Shown: in pieces, positions 1 through 10,957 of the stretch
How positions within the stretch are numbered: position 1 is the first letter of the stretch
Layout: every line of letters starts with the position of its first letter
From: Phoronis australis
Lineage: Eukaryota; Animalia; Phoronida
DNA: 64,000 bases
Direction: 5' to 3'
NCBI GenBank assembly: GCA_002633005.1
Contig: NMRA01000202.1
Span: 167,516-231,515 of the forward strand
Notes under the pieces: generated by a model
What the model saw: only the letters and a program-made list of their open reading frames with translations
Told to the model about the DNA's origin: nothing
Database searches by the model: none
Program-made: the position numbers and the translations under genes

Positions 1-67
1 CAAAAGTTAAGTTTTGATTTCAATCACTAACCATTATAAAATCGGTCTTGACTTGTTCTGTAGTGAG

Positions 68-148
68 CAGGGCGTCAAGTTTCCTATTTTTTACTGGAAA
101 TTTCCTATTTTCTTATATTTTCAAGGCCTTATGTTACTTGACTCCCTG
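68..148. mobile_element. hAT-like MITE (81 bp) in NNT intron
   Basis: TIR CAGGGCGTCAAGT / ACTTGACTCCCTG (12/13); 8-bp TSD GTAGTGAG / GTAATGAG (7/8); CA..TG ends plus 8-bp TSD are typical of hAT. Confidence 0.7.
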
Positions 149-534
149 GTAATGAGATTAGGGTGAATTTGTGAGGACGTGAACTGAAATGTCCTTAGAT
201 TGATCTGAAGAAATAATAATCTGTCAGTTTGTTCAATTTTAAGCAGAATTTAATGCAACATTATTGCCCCTAGTTGCCCAGTCAACTCAACGTCCCTTTA
301 ACCCTTTAACCCTTCCTTGCATGTCATTTTGATATTTTAGATGTGTAACGCTACCCTGATAGTCCCAGTCATACTTAAGTGACTTAACCTCTCAACTGTT
401 GGCCTGCCAAGTGATATGTGAATCGATCTTTCTACGTATATTACGTTATCATAAGAATAAAGAACAAAAGGCCAATAGTAGTTGTCTTGAATAGAATACT
501 GTATGATTTTATGTGGTTTCTCGTGGTCATGTAA

Positions 535-876
<342 letters not shown>

Positions 877-1335
877 TAGCACTTGAATGAGCTTGTGTTT
901 TCAACTACATTATTCTACGGAATAACCACTCATCTTGTGTGACAGTGATGAACCGTTTTACATTAAGGCATGCATGTATGTATAAAATGAAATCAAGACT
1001 GCATTAGTGCAGTATTTTTGGCCAGTCACATAGTCTCGAACTCGACTTAGACTGAAGCCGCAAATTTTTGGGCCTCCTAAGTCGCACGCGGTCTCACTTT
1101 TAGCTGGAGTATGATGGTCACCTAGGGATAAAACCAGTCTCCATTGTCCACGTTGATTAAATGATGCTTATGTATGAATCCCAACCTATTGAATGGGCAA
1201 GAACTCATCTGCTCGCCTTGGGGAACTTCTCATATTTTGTTGTAAACTGTCAAGTACTTGATGTAATAGTTAATGACCGGAATGGATCGTTATGGTGGTC
1301 GTCCTCTCACCTTTGTCCCTTTAACTCCCCTGCAG

Positions 1336-1485
1336 GTGATCGTTATGAAGAGGACCCTGGGTGTGGGTTACGCTGCCGTTGACAACCCCATCTTCTTCAA
1401 AGAAAACACCAGCATGTTGCTAGGCGATGCTAAGAAAACATGTGATGCACTCTTATCTAAGGTCGTTACTCACTACGAGTCTTAA
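1336..1485 (+). CDS. NNT: NAD(P) transhydrogenase, last coding exon
   Basis: Pyrimidine tract + tgcag acceptor ending at 1335; [40 protein letters not shown]...* is the NNT C-terminus and is in phase 0 with the previous exon. Confidence 0.96.
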   Translation: MIVMKRTLGVGYAAVDNPIFFKENTSMLLGDAKKTCDALLSKVVTHYES

Positions 1486-2545
1486 TGACCGTCTCTAAGT
1501 AGATTGATGCTGTGAATATTTATTAAACTGGAGAGAAGTCGTCAATTTAGTTGTCATCGTTCAATGAAAACACTGTTTAAATTTGTCAGCTGCTGGATTT
1601 CCTTTTGTGTTTGGCTTTTTATGTTACACACCTACCGTGAAAGGTTATGTAGGACCCTAGAAAAATGTCACGTTTGGATAAAATCGGAACATCATACTTC
1701 AAAAGTGGCTGATTGGGTTCAGACGAAACTTTCTCATGCTACGCTTTATACATTGCTCTTCAAAATGTTGTTAGAAATTGTTTTTTAAATGTTCTATGTT
1801 TGTACGTAGGGCCATCAGAAATAGGACTTTGGAGGATTTTCATGAAAAAAAATTAAAAGTTGCATGAAAGAAAAACAAAATGATTGTGTAGAAAGTTGTT
1901 ACAGTGTTTTTAGATTTCATCTTGAACTTTATATCAAAACTAAATTTGGCTATGTTATTTATAGCATTGTTTTGCTGTCAAGTGCATGTACCTTTCTTTA
2001 TCCCTAAATTTTACTAAAAAGGCATTTTCATGCGACCCAATTAACTGCAGATTGGTAAAAAATCAAATTCAACGGGCTCTCTAGTTTCATAAATTATAAT
2101 ATTTTTCGTAACTAAATCTATAGTTTTGTGGATACATGTATTTGACTAAATACACAGATTTGTGGATAAGGTCCTACATAACCTTCAGACACTTTGGAAT
2201 GTGAAGTTCGCCGTTTTCATTTCCTGTTTCAATCCTGTGAGTTTCGTTTATAGTGATTCTGCTGTGAAGCACACTGTGGCAATAGAAATGGAAAATCATT
2301 TTATTAAAATTTCTCAACAACAGTAAAAATGAAAATTCCACTTTGTTATTTGCATTGGCTGTTATGTGCAGCTCTCATAAAAGGATGCTTTGCCAAATTT
2401 GGGATATTTTTGCAAGATAGTCAGTTCTCTAGAAATGCAAACAACCATTTCCGTGTAAACAAAGTGAAATATTTATTTTCAGCCTTACAATAGCGCTTTG
2501 AGATTTGTTTATTAATGCTGTGTTGTGGTTAATGATGTGAGATTG

Positions 2546-2562
2546 TAGCGCCCTCTGGTGTT
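2546..2562 (-). promoter_or_regulatory. CTCF-like motif
   Basis: Minus strand reads ACACCAGAGGGCGCTA, close to the CTCF core CCASYAGRKGGCRS; motif match only. Confidence 0.4.
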
Positions 2563-2896
2563 CAGTAGATCTGTATTTAGTCTGCAGTGCTAGAAAAGCT
2601 CTCGAGGCAAATTCGAGTTTGGCAGCTTTTTGAATTGCAAGAATCATGAGGATGTTCTAGTGAATATTAGTCCAATAATCTTTACTAACCCTAAGCAATC
2701 AAATTGTTTCGAGGCCTGCTGCGTTGTGATTGCTTCGCTGAAATGCTGAATAACTCAGAAACTGTTGATGTCCTGATGATATTATAGCCACAAAGACACT
2801 TGAGAGATGTAGTTAATTTGCTGTCAGTGAGAGTGGTGTTGGATATTGGCGTGTAAAAGCATGAGCAATGATTTACATTCATGTGTACTGCAAGTG

Positions 2897-2906
2897 AATA
2901 AATAAA
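2897..2906 (+). terminator. Probable NNT polyadenylation signal
   Basis: Overlapping AATAAATAAA after a 1.4-kb AT-rich stretch, followed by GT-rich sequence at ~2928-2950. Confidence 0.55.
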
Positions 2907-3158
2907 TCACTTTTATATCAAAACAACTGTGGGTTGACATGTGAATTGTGCGATATAAAGTGAAAGTAGTTTGTGACACCTTTCAAAAGAGGTTGCTAAG
3001 GATTGTTTGACTGTAACAACAAACAAACTGTGAGGGAGATGTACAAGACAAATGAGCTACTGGGTTTTTTCATTGTTTTTACTTGTGTTGATGCTTAAGT
3101 CACCACCATGAATTACAGTAAAATTTTCTTAATTTTGAAAATTTAGAACAGACTGCGC

Positions 3159-3640
3159 TTTTATGCACCACATATTTATATGTTGGGGAATTATGTCGTC
3201 ATCCATGCCCATCCGGCGTCCGTCTGGCGTCCGTCTGCTCTATCTCCAAAACGCTTTAATGTTTGTTCATGAAATTTTGGACCTGTTCCGTTCATGGATC
3301 CGACGGCATGAGCGATATTTCGGTCGAATCCGACTACCGGTGTGCCCCCTAGTGGCAATTTTATGTTTACCTCTATCTTCAAAGGTCCTCAATGGATTTT
3401 CATAAATTATGGTAGATAGGCATTTATAAGTGAGATGACACTATCCTCCCATTTTCGGATGGATTCGAGGTATTTTGCACCACCAGGTATCTTTGGAATT
3501 TTTTGATGGATTTCCATGAAATTCGGCAACTATTTTGAGAGACGACGACAGATTCGTTTTTTTTTTTTAGAAAATTCAATTTATGCTGTGTCATCTAATG
3601 GATATTTATGATACAAATGAACACCCCTAGTAGCACGTTT
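3159..3640 (+). repeat. Probable non-autonomous Helentron/HINE-like repeat relic
   Basis: Starts at a T-run, has a short CGTCCGTCTG(G) repeat near its 5' end and a GCCCCCTAGTGG motif; resembles invertebrate HINE-type elements. Single copy here, boundaries approximate. Confidence 0.35.
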
Positions 3641-4223
3641 GCGGTGCAGTTGGCGCATTTCAAGACTCCGCGCTGCCAAAGAACCAAGTGTGGGATTAAG
3701 CTAGTTTAGCCCATAAAATTTGGCCTGGAAATGTTCCTTATTATTTCTGTTACTAACACGAATGACGAAATCGCCAGTGGCTCAATAAAAGGCTTCAGAA
3801 TTCATTGGGGGGTGGCCAACTTCAAAATTATGGATTTGAAAATGACGCATGTTAACGTTGTCTGTAACTTGAGTTGCCGGTCCATTCAGCAACAACTCGA
3901 GACCAGATGAGCGTTCTTTAAAACCCCAAGGCGCTTTGGTTTAAGAATTAACAGTGTCAAAATCCCGTTTATCTGTTTCCCTGTAGCCGTAATGTAACGT
4001 GTACTTCTTGGTCATTAAAAACATTTGTGATATTTAAATTATGTAATTTGTCCTTGGCTAAAATGTTTATATCTGTTAGGGATTTCTGGACAAGATTAGA
4101 AAACGACTTATCAATAATTCAAATGATCAGTTAGTCTAGTCGGTGGTGGATGCAGTTTGATACTGGCAAACGGGAGTTGGCTACTGCCAACCACAAGCAC
4201 TGAGAAAGTGAGATTTGTCTCCC

Positions 4224-4362
4224 GTTCATTAAAGCTAGGACCTCGCTAAAAAGCAAGACTTTGCGAGATTACGCGAGATATTGCCGTGTATTTTAAATGA
4301 GATCACGTGACTGGGGCTAGATTTTAGCAAGGTCCTAGCGTAGGTATAAGCGTTACTTAACG
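4224..4362. mobile_element. MITE family A (~110-140 bp); other copies 15671-15740, 18361-18666 (interrupted), 38973-39089, 51922-52034, 63548-63674
   Basis: TIR core GCTAGGACCTCGCTAAAA / TTTTAGCAAGGTCCTAGC (17/18), extended by GTTCAGTAAC in other copies; shared interior ATTGCCGTGTATTTT.AATGAGA..ACGTG. Confidence 0.8.
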
Positions 4363-4450
4363 CACGCCTGTTAGACCGCCGACTTCGCTTGCATTCGGTA
4401 GCACTGTAAGGCTGGAGCCGCGTTCAATTTGCAGTGCCAAATACTTATAG

Positions 4451-4835
4451 TGAAACTTGCACGCTAATTCCTTATCCCTGTGATTGCTTGGTCAAATTAG
4501 TTAGAAACACATCCTACAGCGACGATGTTGAAAATTGCCAAATATATTTAAGAACGAGTTTTGTCGAAAATGATCCGCCGTAAATCACTCAACCGTGTCC
4601 AGTAAGTATCACGACGTGGCATCATTGGGGAATAACACTGCATGATGCGGGTTATGTGAGCCCCCAAGGTACGTCATTAGTGCAAAGATCACATAGTTGC
4701 AGATTTTTTCGTTTTCACGTTTACACGTTGTCAGTGAATACAACTGCACTTTGATTAACGTAGATTATGTTCAGACAGCATCCAGTGTTGCTTATAGTTT
4801 CTGCTAAACATTAGCATAGAGCATGCAAATACATT
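4451..4835 (+). repeat. Dispersed repeat, second copy at ~29009-29395
   Basis: Co-linear shared blocks, e.g. TGTGATTGCTTGGTCAAATTAGTTA, AACCGTGTCCAGTAAGTATC, ATGTGAGCCCCCAAG, CAACTGCACTTTG. Confidence 0.85.
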
Positions 4836-4847
4836 CTAAAATCTAGG

Positions 4848-5400
4848 GGTAGGCCAGGCTTTGGGGGAGTTTTGAGGTAGGCTCAGTGGATCTCGTATTT
4901 GTGAACATGTTCAGAATGAGAAAAGCTCTCTTGTTAAGGTGTAGATGCGCTCTTCAAGATGGCGGATCCCCGTTGCATTTGTGCATGTGAGTAACGACTG
5001 AGAAATCGACTGCGATTTCAGGTAGCGGTCAAAAAACCCAGAATTGCAAAACTTGGTTTGTTGGCATCATTTTTGGACCACATTTTTGGAATCTGTAAGA
5101 AATTCGCTTTCGTAGTACATCGGCATGGAAGTGGTGATTTAAAGTGATCAAAAAGCCAGGCACTGACCATTTGTGTTGTTTACCCCTTTTTTCTTAGTTA
5201 TTGCTCTTCAATATGAATGAAAGGGCCAAAATACAATGCAGGATAAAGTTGCTGTGCTCGTCTGTGGCGATTTTGATGAGAAATGGTTTAAAATTTTTCA
5301 TTCTTTCATATGATTTACGGCAGAGTGAAGAAATGGTGGCAAGTCCAGTGTCGTTCTGCTACGGTCAGTAAAACCCAATGAGAACTGTTCTAGGCCTCCT
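4848..5400 (+). repeat. Dispersed repeat, second copy at ~24270-24783
   Basis: Co-linear shared blocks, e.g. AGTTTTGAGGTAGGC, GTATTTGTGAACA, GAATGAGAAAAG, GTTGCATTTGT, AGAACTGTTCT. Confidence 0.8.
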
Positions 5401-6043
5401 TCCTCTCCCGTCTTCCAGAGATATCTTAACATGCTTAGCTCCGATTGGTTGTGAAAATCTTATGTTTCCAGCGTTTGACTAATTCGCCCGATTCAAATCA
5501 CTGAATTTCATTTTTTGGAATATTATCTCGGCTGCGGTCGGCGCTTTACTCTTACAGAACTCTTTAAATGACCAAGTCTGCTTCCCTTCTTCTCGTTCGT
5601 CTGCTTCTCTTATTCTTCTCGTTCGTCTGCTTATAACACCTGATAATTTTGATCTGTTAGCCTTATGTATTTTTGTAGAGGTTACTTTTACTGAGCACTG
5701 TGCTAGCAAAATGAGCTTGTGAGATGGAACATTTATTTTTAAATGAGTTAAAACTTAATCTGAAAGTCACGTGCCGTCATGGTTCAGCAGTTGGGAAGGT
5801 CAGTCGAGGGTCATGTTGGCCTCGCAGATTTTTGCGAAAGCAAAAGAAAAAACTCTAAAAATGAAAATAAATTCGTTTATTCTTATTCAACATTTTACTC
5901 GCTGCTTCATTGTCAGATGGTGTCGCGTTAAGCGCCGCGATAGAACATCTGCATCATTGTATAGATGGTATTGTGGTTTGCACAATGCAATACGTCATCA
6001 TTAGATAATGGACGTAAGGTAACGAAGAATGCTTTGAAAAACT

Positions 6044-6421
6044 ATGGGCGCTCATTCTAGCCATCTCTGTCCGCGCGACTTAAACGAGCTGCGACAGGCG
6101 ACTTTGTTTACAAACGAAGAACTGCAGGCGTGGTACCATGGTTTCTTGAAAGACTGTCCCACTGGAAAACTTACCTTCAACAAGTTCAGAGAAATCTACG
6201 CTGGTTTCTTCCCTAACGGTGATTCGATGGAACTGTCGAAACTAATTTTTCATTGTTTTGACTCAAACATGGATGGATTGATAGATTTTAGGGAATTCGT
6301 GTGTGCTCTAAGCACAACTATGAAAGGTACACCGGAGGATAAATTGGGATGGGTCTTCAAACTGTACGATCTCGATCACAGCGGGTTTATTAGCGCATCC
6401 GAACTGTTGGAGATCTTGAAG
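6044..6421 (+). CDS. Neuronal calcium sensor (neurocalcin/hippocalcin-like), exon 1 (aa 1-126)
   Basis: MGAHSS N-myristoylation motif; WYHGFLKDCPTGKL (disabled EF1 with Cys-Pro); EF2 DSNMDGLIDFRE; EF3 DLDHSGFISASE; donor AAG/GTATGT at 6422, phase 0. Confidence 0.95.
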
Positions 6422-7924
6422 GTATGTCACTTGCTAACCTTGTTGAAATATTTGTTTAAAACGACAGAGGAAACGTGTAGGCCTACCATAACCATCGGGT
6501 GGTCATGAGAGCAAAATCTAAATTGGGGTCAACTCAGTTATCTCTCTTATCATACATAAATCCATCATGAACAAAATTGCTCCTGGCTCCGACTAATGAC
6601 ACATGCGTTCATCGCGTCCGCCCAGGAAGTGGTGTATTTGTAAATTATATAAGAATGACGATTAAATGTGTTATCTGTTCAGTATTCACGTTCTAATGGC
6701 ATTTATGCATTACCAAGCGCTGTTTTCGCTGTTTTCTTGCTGTTTTAAAGGAGTATGCCACCCAAAAAACAACCTAATTTGTATCAATTTAGATCGAGTG
6801 GTTCTACTCCATAATGACTCGTACGGTTGCGTTACCTGACACCTGACGGCAGACGGAGGTGTTGAAATTATCCAATGACGTCATCGGTTTCACATGCATT
6901 CTGTTTAGCAGTTCACAACACGGTTTACTGGTGTTAGCTTATCGCTTGAAGTCATCGTTTAACACCAATAAATCATCAAAGTTCGATGTAAAATCCTTAA
7001 AAATACACCGAGTTCTTATAAAAACGTGTTGTTCTATTTCGCTCTTACGGATTTATTAGTATTTGGACACACGGTAGCCTACAAAGTTCGGCAGGCCAAT
7101 AAGGTCCGTAGCAGGAGTTTGGGGTCTGTTCGGGAGATAATTTCGAAGTATTTTCCGTTAGATACAGACGGGAGAACCTAGATATGTGTTGTTTAGACTT
7201 GTAAGTTTTTTTAGTTCTAAACACAAAACGCTTGTTATCCTGGTCAGTGGCTCGGAGCCCGATGAGGCCCCGTCGCGGCCGGCCGGATTGACTCATCACA
7301 TCCCGGCCAGTGGCTCGGAAATTGATCAGACATCACGAACATCAACCAGCCAAAGTTCAGTGGAAACTAAACTTCCAGTAAAGAAAATACTATACTAGTG
7401 AGCAAATGTAATGTGCACGTGATTATGTTGGCGAATTAGCCACGAAACTACAAATCTATTTACTTGTCGGGGGCCACAAATTCATTTAACGTTCCGCTTT
7501 GGCCACAGCACCGTCAGGGCAGAAGTTGTACATTGACATTCATTATTTGAGTAATGTAAGTGTAAATAAAGATTCCCCTAGCACCTGGCCGTGGGATGGA
7601 AATCGAGTTGTTTCACAACAGTTTCTGCCAGCAAACACTAAATTAGCATGATCCCACACGGCCTCGGTGTTTCGTCAATTAGTTTTATTGCACCTAAAGC
7701 CGGTAACGCAGTGACTTATTCCTTGCTGGCTTCTCAAATCATTTGCACTCACGAACACTCCAAAGGCATTACAAATTGCATCTAATGAGACAGACTTTGT
7801 TTCAGTTTTATATAAGTATTGGTTAGGGTTAGAATAATTCATTTTGAAACAGAACGCTCAGTATTAAACGCCAACATGGCAACTCGCAATCCCGACTTAG
7901 GACAAGCTAGAGCTCATCAGTACC

Positions 7925-8045
7925 GACTTTGCAGGTGGATCTTTAAGTTTTACAGACTATCAATTCGAACAGGAATACAGTGATGAAGAAATACTAGAGA
8001 GGCGCCGTGAACAAGCTCAGACAACGGAACGTATGGAGTTATTTC
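7925..8045 (+). pseudogene. Probable KolX N-terminal remnant
   Basis: DFAGGSLSFTDYQFEQEYSDEEILERRREQ: Y.FE(P/Q)EY acidic motif, oriented convergently to the THAP remnant as expected in Kolobok; assignment by motif recall only. Confidence 0.5.
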
Positions 8046-8263
8046 GTAAGCCAGCATTCGTCAGCCACTGTCGACGTCTGCAGGCCACAGACACGGAGAT
8101 GTTTCACGGCCTCATACTTGCTACTTACAGCGTACATTTCATTCTTCACTACCATGAGCCACTTCCTAAGCATTTCGGACTCTCGAGGAAGTAAAAAAAA
8201 CGATATACCCGCGTTCCTCGCAGCTGCTCAATTCGGACAAGCGGGAATGATGCACCGCAACAT
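8039..8263 (-). pseudogene. Decayed THAP domain (transposase N-terminus)
   Basis: MLRCIIPACPN*AAARNAGISFFLLPRESEMLRKWLMVVK...KHLRVCGLQ: C-x4-C, F.LP, W, RVC.x(H>Q) THAP pattern with one in-frame stop at 8228-8230. Confidence 0.8.
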
Positions 8264-9886
8264 AGCGACATTCACTCTGCATATGAACCACTGACGTCGC
8301 TAGCGTCGTTTCTCACCTTCTTCACAGGTTAACGCCACACCTCTTGGCAAGGCCAAGTCGACCGTATGCGAGACGATGTGGATATAGACCGATACGGCAA
8401 AAAAGACTAATTAAATCGGGTGGCATTCGCCTTTAAGAGAAATACACCTTTTTATTGTCAGATCTCCATGGAGTGCCATGTAAAAATCGACTTCTTTTCA
8501 CTTCAACGCAACTGCACACGCGTTACGCTTGCTTAACTTGACCGCGGATTGGTGTATTGCTTCATTGGTGGACATTATAGGCGATAGGTTACGCCAGTAA
8601 GATATTGCTTTGTTGTCGTGACTGCGTGATCTCCTGCGCGTTTCGCGAGCACTACCATCCTACTGCCTGCGGCGTTAGCTACTTCCGTAGGTTGGTGGAC
8701 AAACCCAGCTCGTATGAGGAGATGAATTGTTTAGCTCAATGGAAGATTAAAAATGAATATCCAGCAATATATTTGAAAGATTTTTCTCTTTACATAATTA
8801 AGCAAAAAGAATATTCAGTTATGATCTGTTATATTTGTTAAATAGAGTCGTTTGGTGTGGTAATCTCATCTTTTCAAAAAAGAAAATCCATCTGAGACAA
8901 GAAAAATTATGTGGGATTTTGTTTGTGTTTTTTTATAATCATCGCTTGGCATATTGTGGCGTTTGAAACCTTGCATGCCTACTCCTTTATGCCGAAAACT
9001 CGGGTCCTTGGCGTTTTTTTTTGTTTTTTTTTTGTCGTGAGCAGGTCTAAAATGAGTCGGGGGTATCGGGGAAAACACGAGACCCAACTGTACTTTTTGA
9101 CCCAACCGTACTTTTTGATCCAACTGGCATTTTTCATTGACATGCACTAAGCAAAGCTTCCGAAGTCAGACTGTCTAAACGATTAAGTCTTTTTGTCACT
9201 TCACTGTGAAAAAAACAGTGGTGGCTGGAGTCACAAATAACTTGCCTGGAATTGTACGATGACACTTGTATTTGCTTTCCTCAACTTCCAACTGTTGGTT
9301 TATGACCCTTGATAATTCTTCCATTATGTCGTGCGCCCAGCAGAATTCACAGGCGCTTGAGTTTATCTGTTCCTCAATCACGACTGACTTCTTATGTATG
9401 GTTATGAGTCATCAGGAAATTCGAGCGCCTGTGGCAGAATTAATGAAGCAGAATATTGGCTAGATTTGGGTTACGTTAGTCACATCTTTGTCAGATTTTC
9501 AAAATTCAAAAAATCATCCACGTGTAGTTTTCACGCGCCATTCAAATACGCTGATTAAAAACTTTCGAAATGAAGATTGAAAAAATACTATTGTCTCCCC
9601 CCCCACGATACCATTTACAGCCATGTTTATGATGGGCAATTTCGCGTCTGATTACCCACGTGAAACTCCGGTGAACGATAACATCGACCGAAGGTGGATG
9701 GTTGTGAGTGGTGGAGTTGACCAATCGTCCGGTGAAGATGTTGTAGGATCCTTTTGAAGTGTTCTTACCGACAGACTCCGACTGAAATTAATCTGTATGA
9801 CCGTCTACTAAATTGCTTTTCAATCTTGAATTTTCAAAAAAAAATGTTGCACAATCTCCGGTGAACACATGCTTGCGCATTTTCAG

Positions 9887-10066
9887 GCCATTAGCAAACT
9901 CAATGTTGTCAGAACGTCCGACTACAACCCCGCAGAACGAGCAAAAACGATTCTGAAGATACTGGATAAAGATGAAGACGGGAAGATATCATCGGACGAA
10001 TTTGTTAACGGAGCTATGGCCGATCCCGAAGTTCTCCAGCTTGTAACTGATTGGGTTGGATTGTAA
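9887..10066 (+). CDS. Neuronal calcium sensor, exon 2 (aa 127-185)
   Basis: tttcag acceptor ending at 9886; AISKL...PAERAKTILKILDKDEDGKISSDEFVNGAMADPEVLQL: EF4 and family C-terminus, in phase with exon 1. Confidence 0.95.
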   Translation, partial: AISKLNVVRTSDYNPAERAKTILKILDKDEDGKISSDEFVNGAMADPEVLQLVTDWVGL

Positions 10067-10303
10067 GAATTAAAACCGGAAGTGTGCAATTCATAATAGT
10101 CAACTATTGCCCTCACATCTGTTTGTATATACGCTGTTTAGATATCCAATAACTTGTTGAACCTGTCTGCAAACAACTTTTAGATTGTAGATTTGATAAG
10201 GTCAAACGAATAATTCCACTCTATACTGTCACATAAATTAATTGTTGCATGTATGTGCAGAATGTCAAGACATCGATCGCAATACACAAATGCAACTTTA
10301 GTC

Positions 10304-10309
10304 AATAAA
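10304..10309 (+). terminator. Candidate poly(A) signal of the calcium-sensor gene
   Basis: First AATAAA downstream of the stop codon. Confidence 0.45.
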
Positions 10310-10951
10310 CAAATCTTGAATCCAAGCAGGATTAGAAGTCTGTACGTTGACAGTCTAGGATTTGGTGTCGTACCTACATAGTGGATGATCTCACGAAGAT
10401 TACGTATCTTCAGAAACGATACTGTGAATACAACTGCACTGAATCCCAGCCCTAGTTCAAAAACTCCACTCGAAAATTCGACATTTTTTTTCTTTTCGCT
10501 ACTCACTCTGCAATTTGGATTTTTCACTTAGCAGTGACCTCGTGAATTAAGGGATTCACTTGGCTCATTGGATCACTACTAATTATAATATGATGTCATT
10601 AAGATCTGTGCGCACAAGATGGCAGACGACTTCCTTCGTCATTGTTACAAAAAGATGAAAAGAAGCGAAATGTTTCCAAGTAAGTTTCCATAAGTACCAA
10701 CGGAATGGGATTTTGTTAGTGCCAGCACATTCAATCACTTTTGCCTCCACTTTGTCCCCACACCGCGAATTTCTTCTGATTTATGTCCATTGCAAAGAAT
10801 GTATTTTCAGCTGTGTCTGAACTGATGTATTGGCCAACGCACTTCTACAACGACATTCTCAGCATTATTACCGCTGTACGTGGCTTTGCTGGTCTGCTAT
10901 CGTGTATTCTGGCCAAATAACCGAGACGAAATGTCAAGAACGGAGTCTCAT

Positions 10952-10957
10952 TTTATT
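10952..10957 (-). terminator. Candidate poly(A) signal of the GPCR gene (implies ~2.6-kb 3' UTR)
   Basis: TTTATT on plus strand preceded (on minus) by U-rich UTR-like sequence; another candidate lies at ~12725. Confidence 0.5.

Larger units (their letters stand above)
6749..8432. mobile_element. Internally deleted Kolobok-type DNA transposon in the calcium-sensor intron
   Basis: TTAA TSDs (6745-6748, 8433-8436); TIR AGGAGTATGCCACCC / AGGCGAATGCCACCC (13/15); contains convergent THAP and KolX-like remnants. Confidence 0.8.

Noticed and set aside
9196-9463. Intronic ORFs and a 16-bp inverted repeat
   Set aside because: Too short, no TSD, no second copy, no protein motif.
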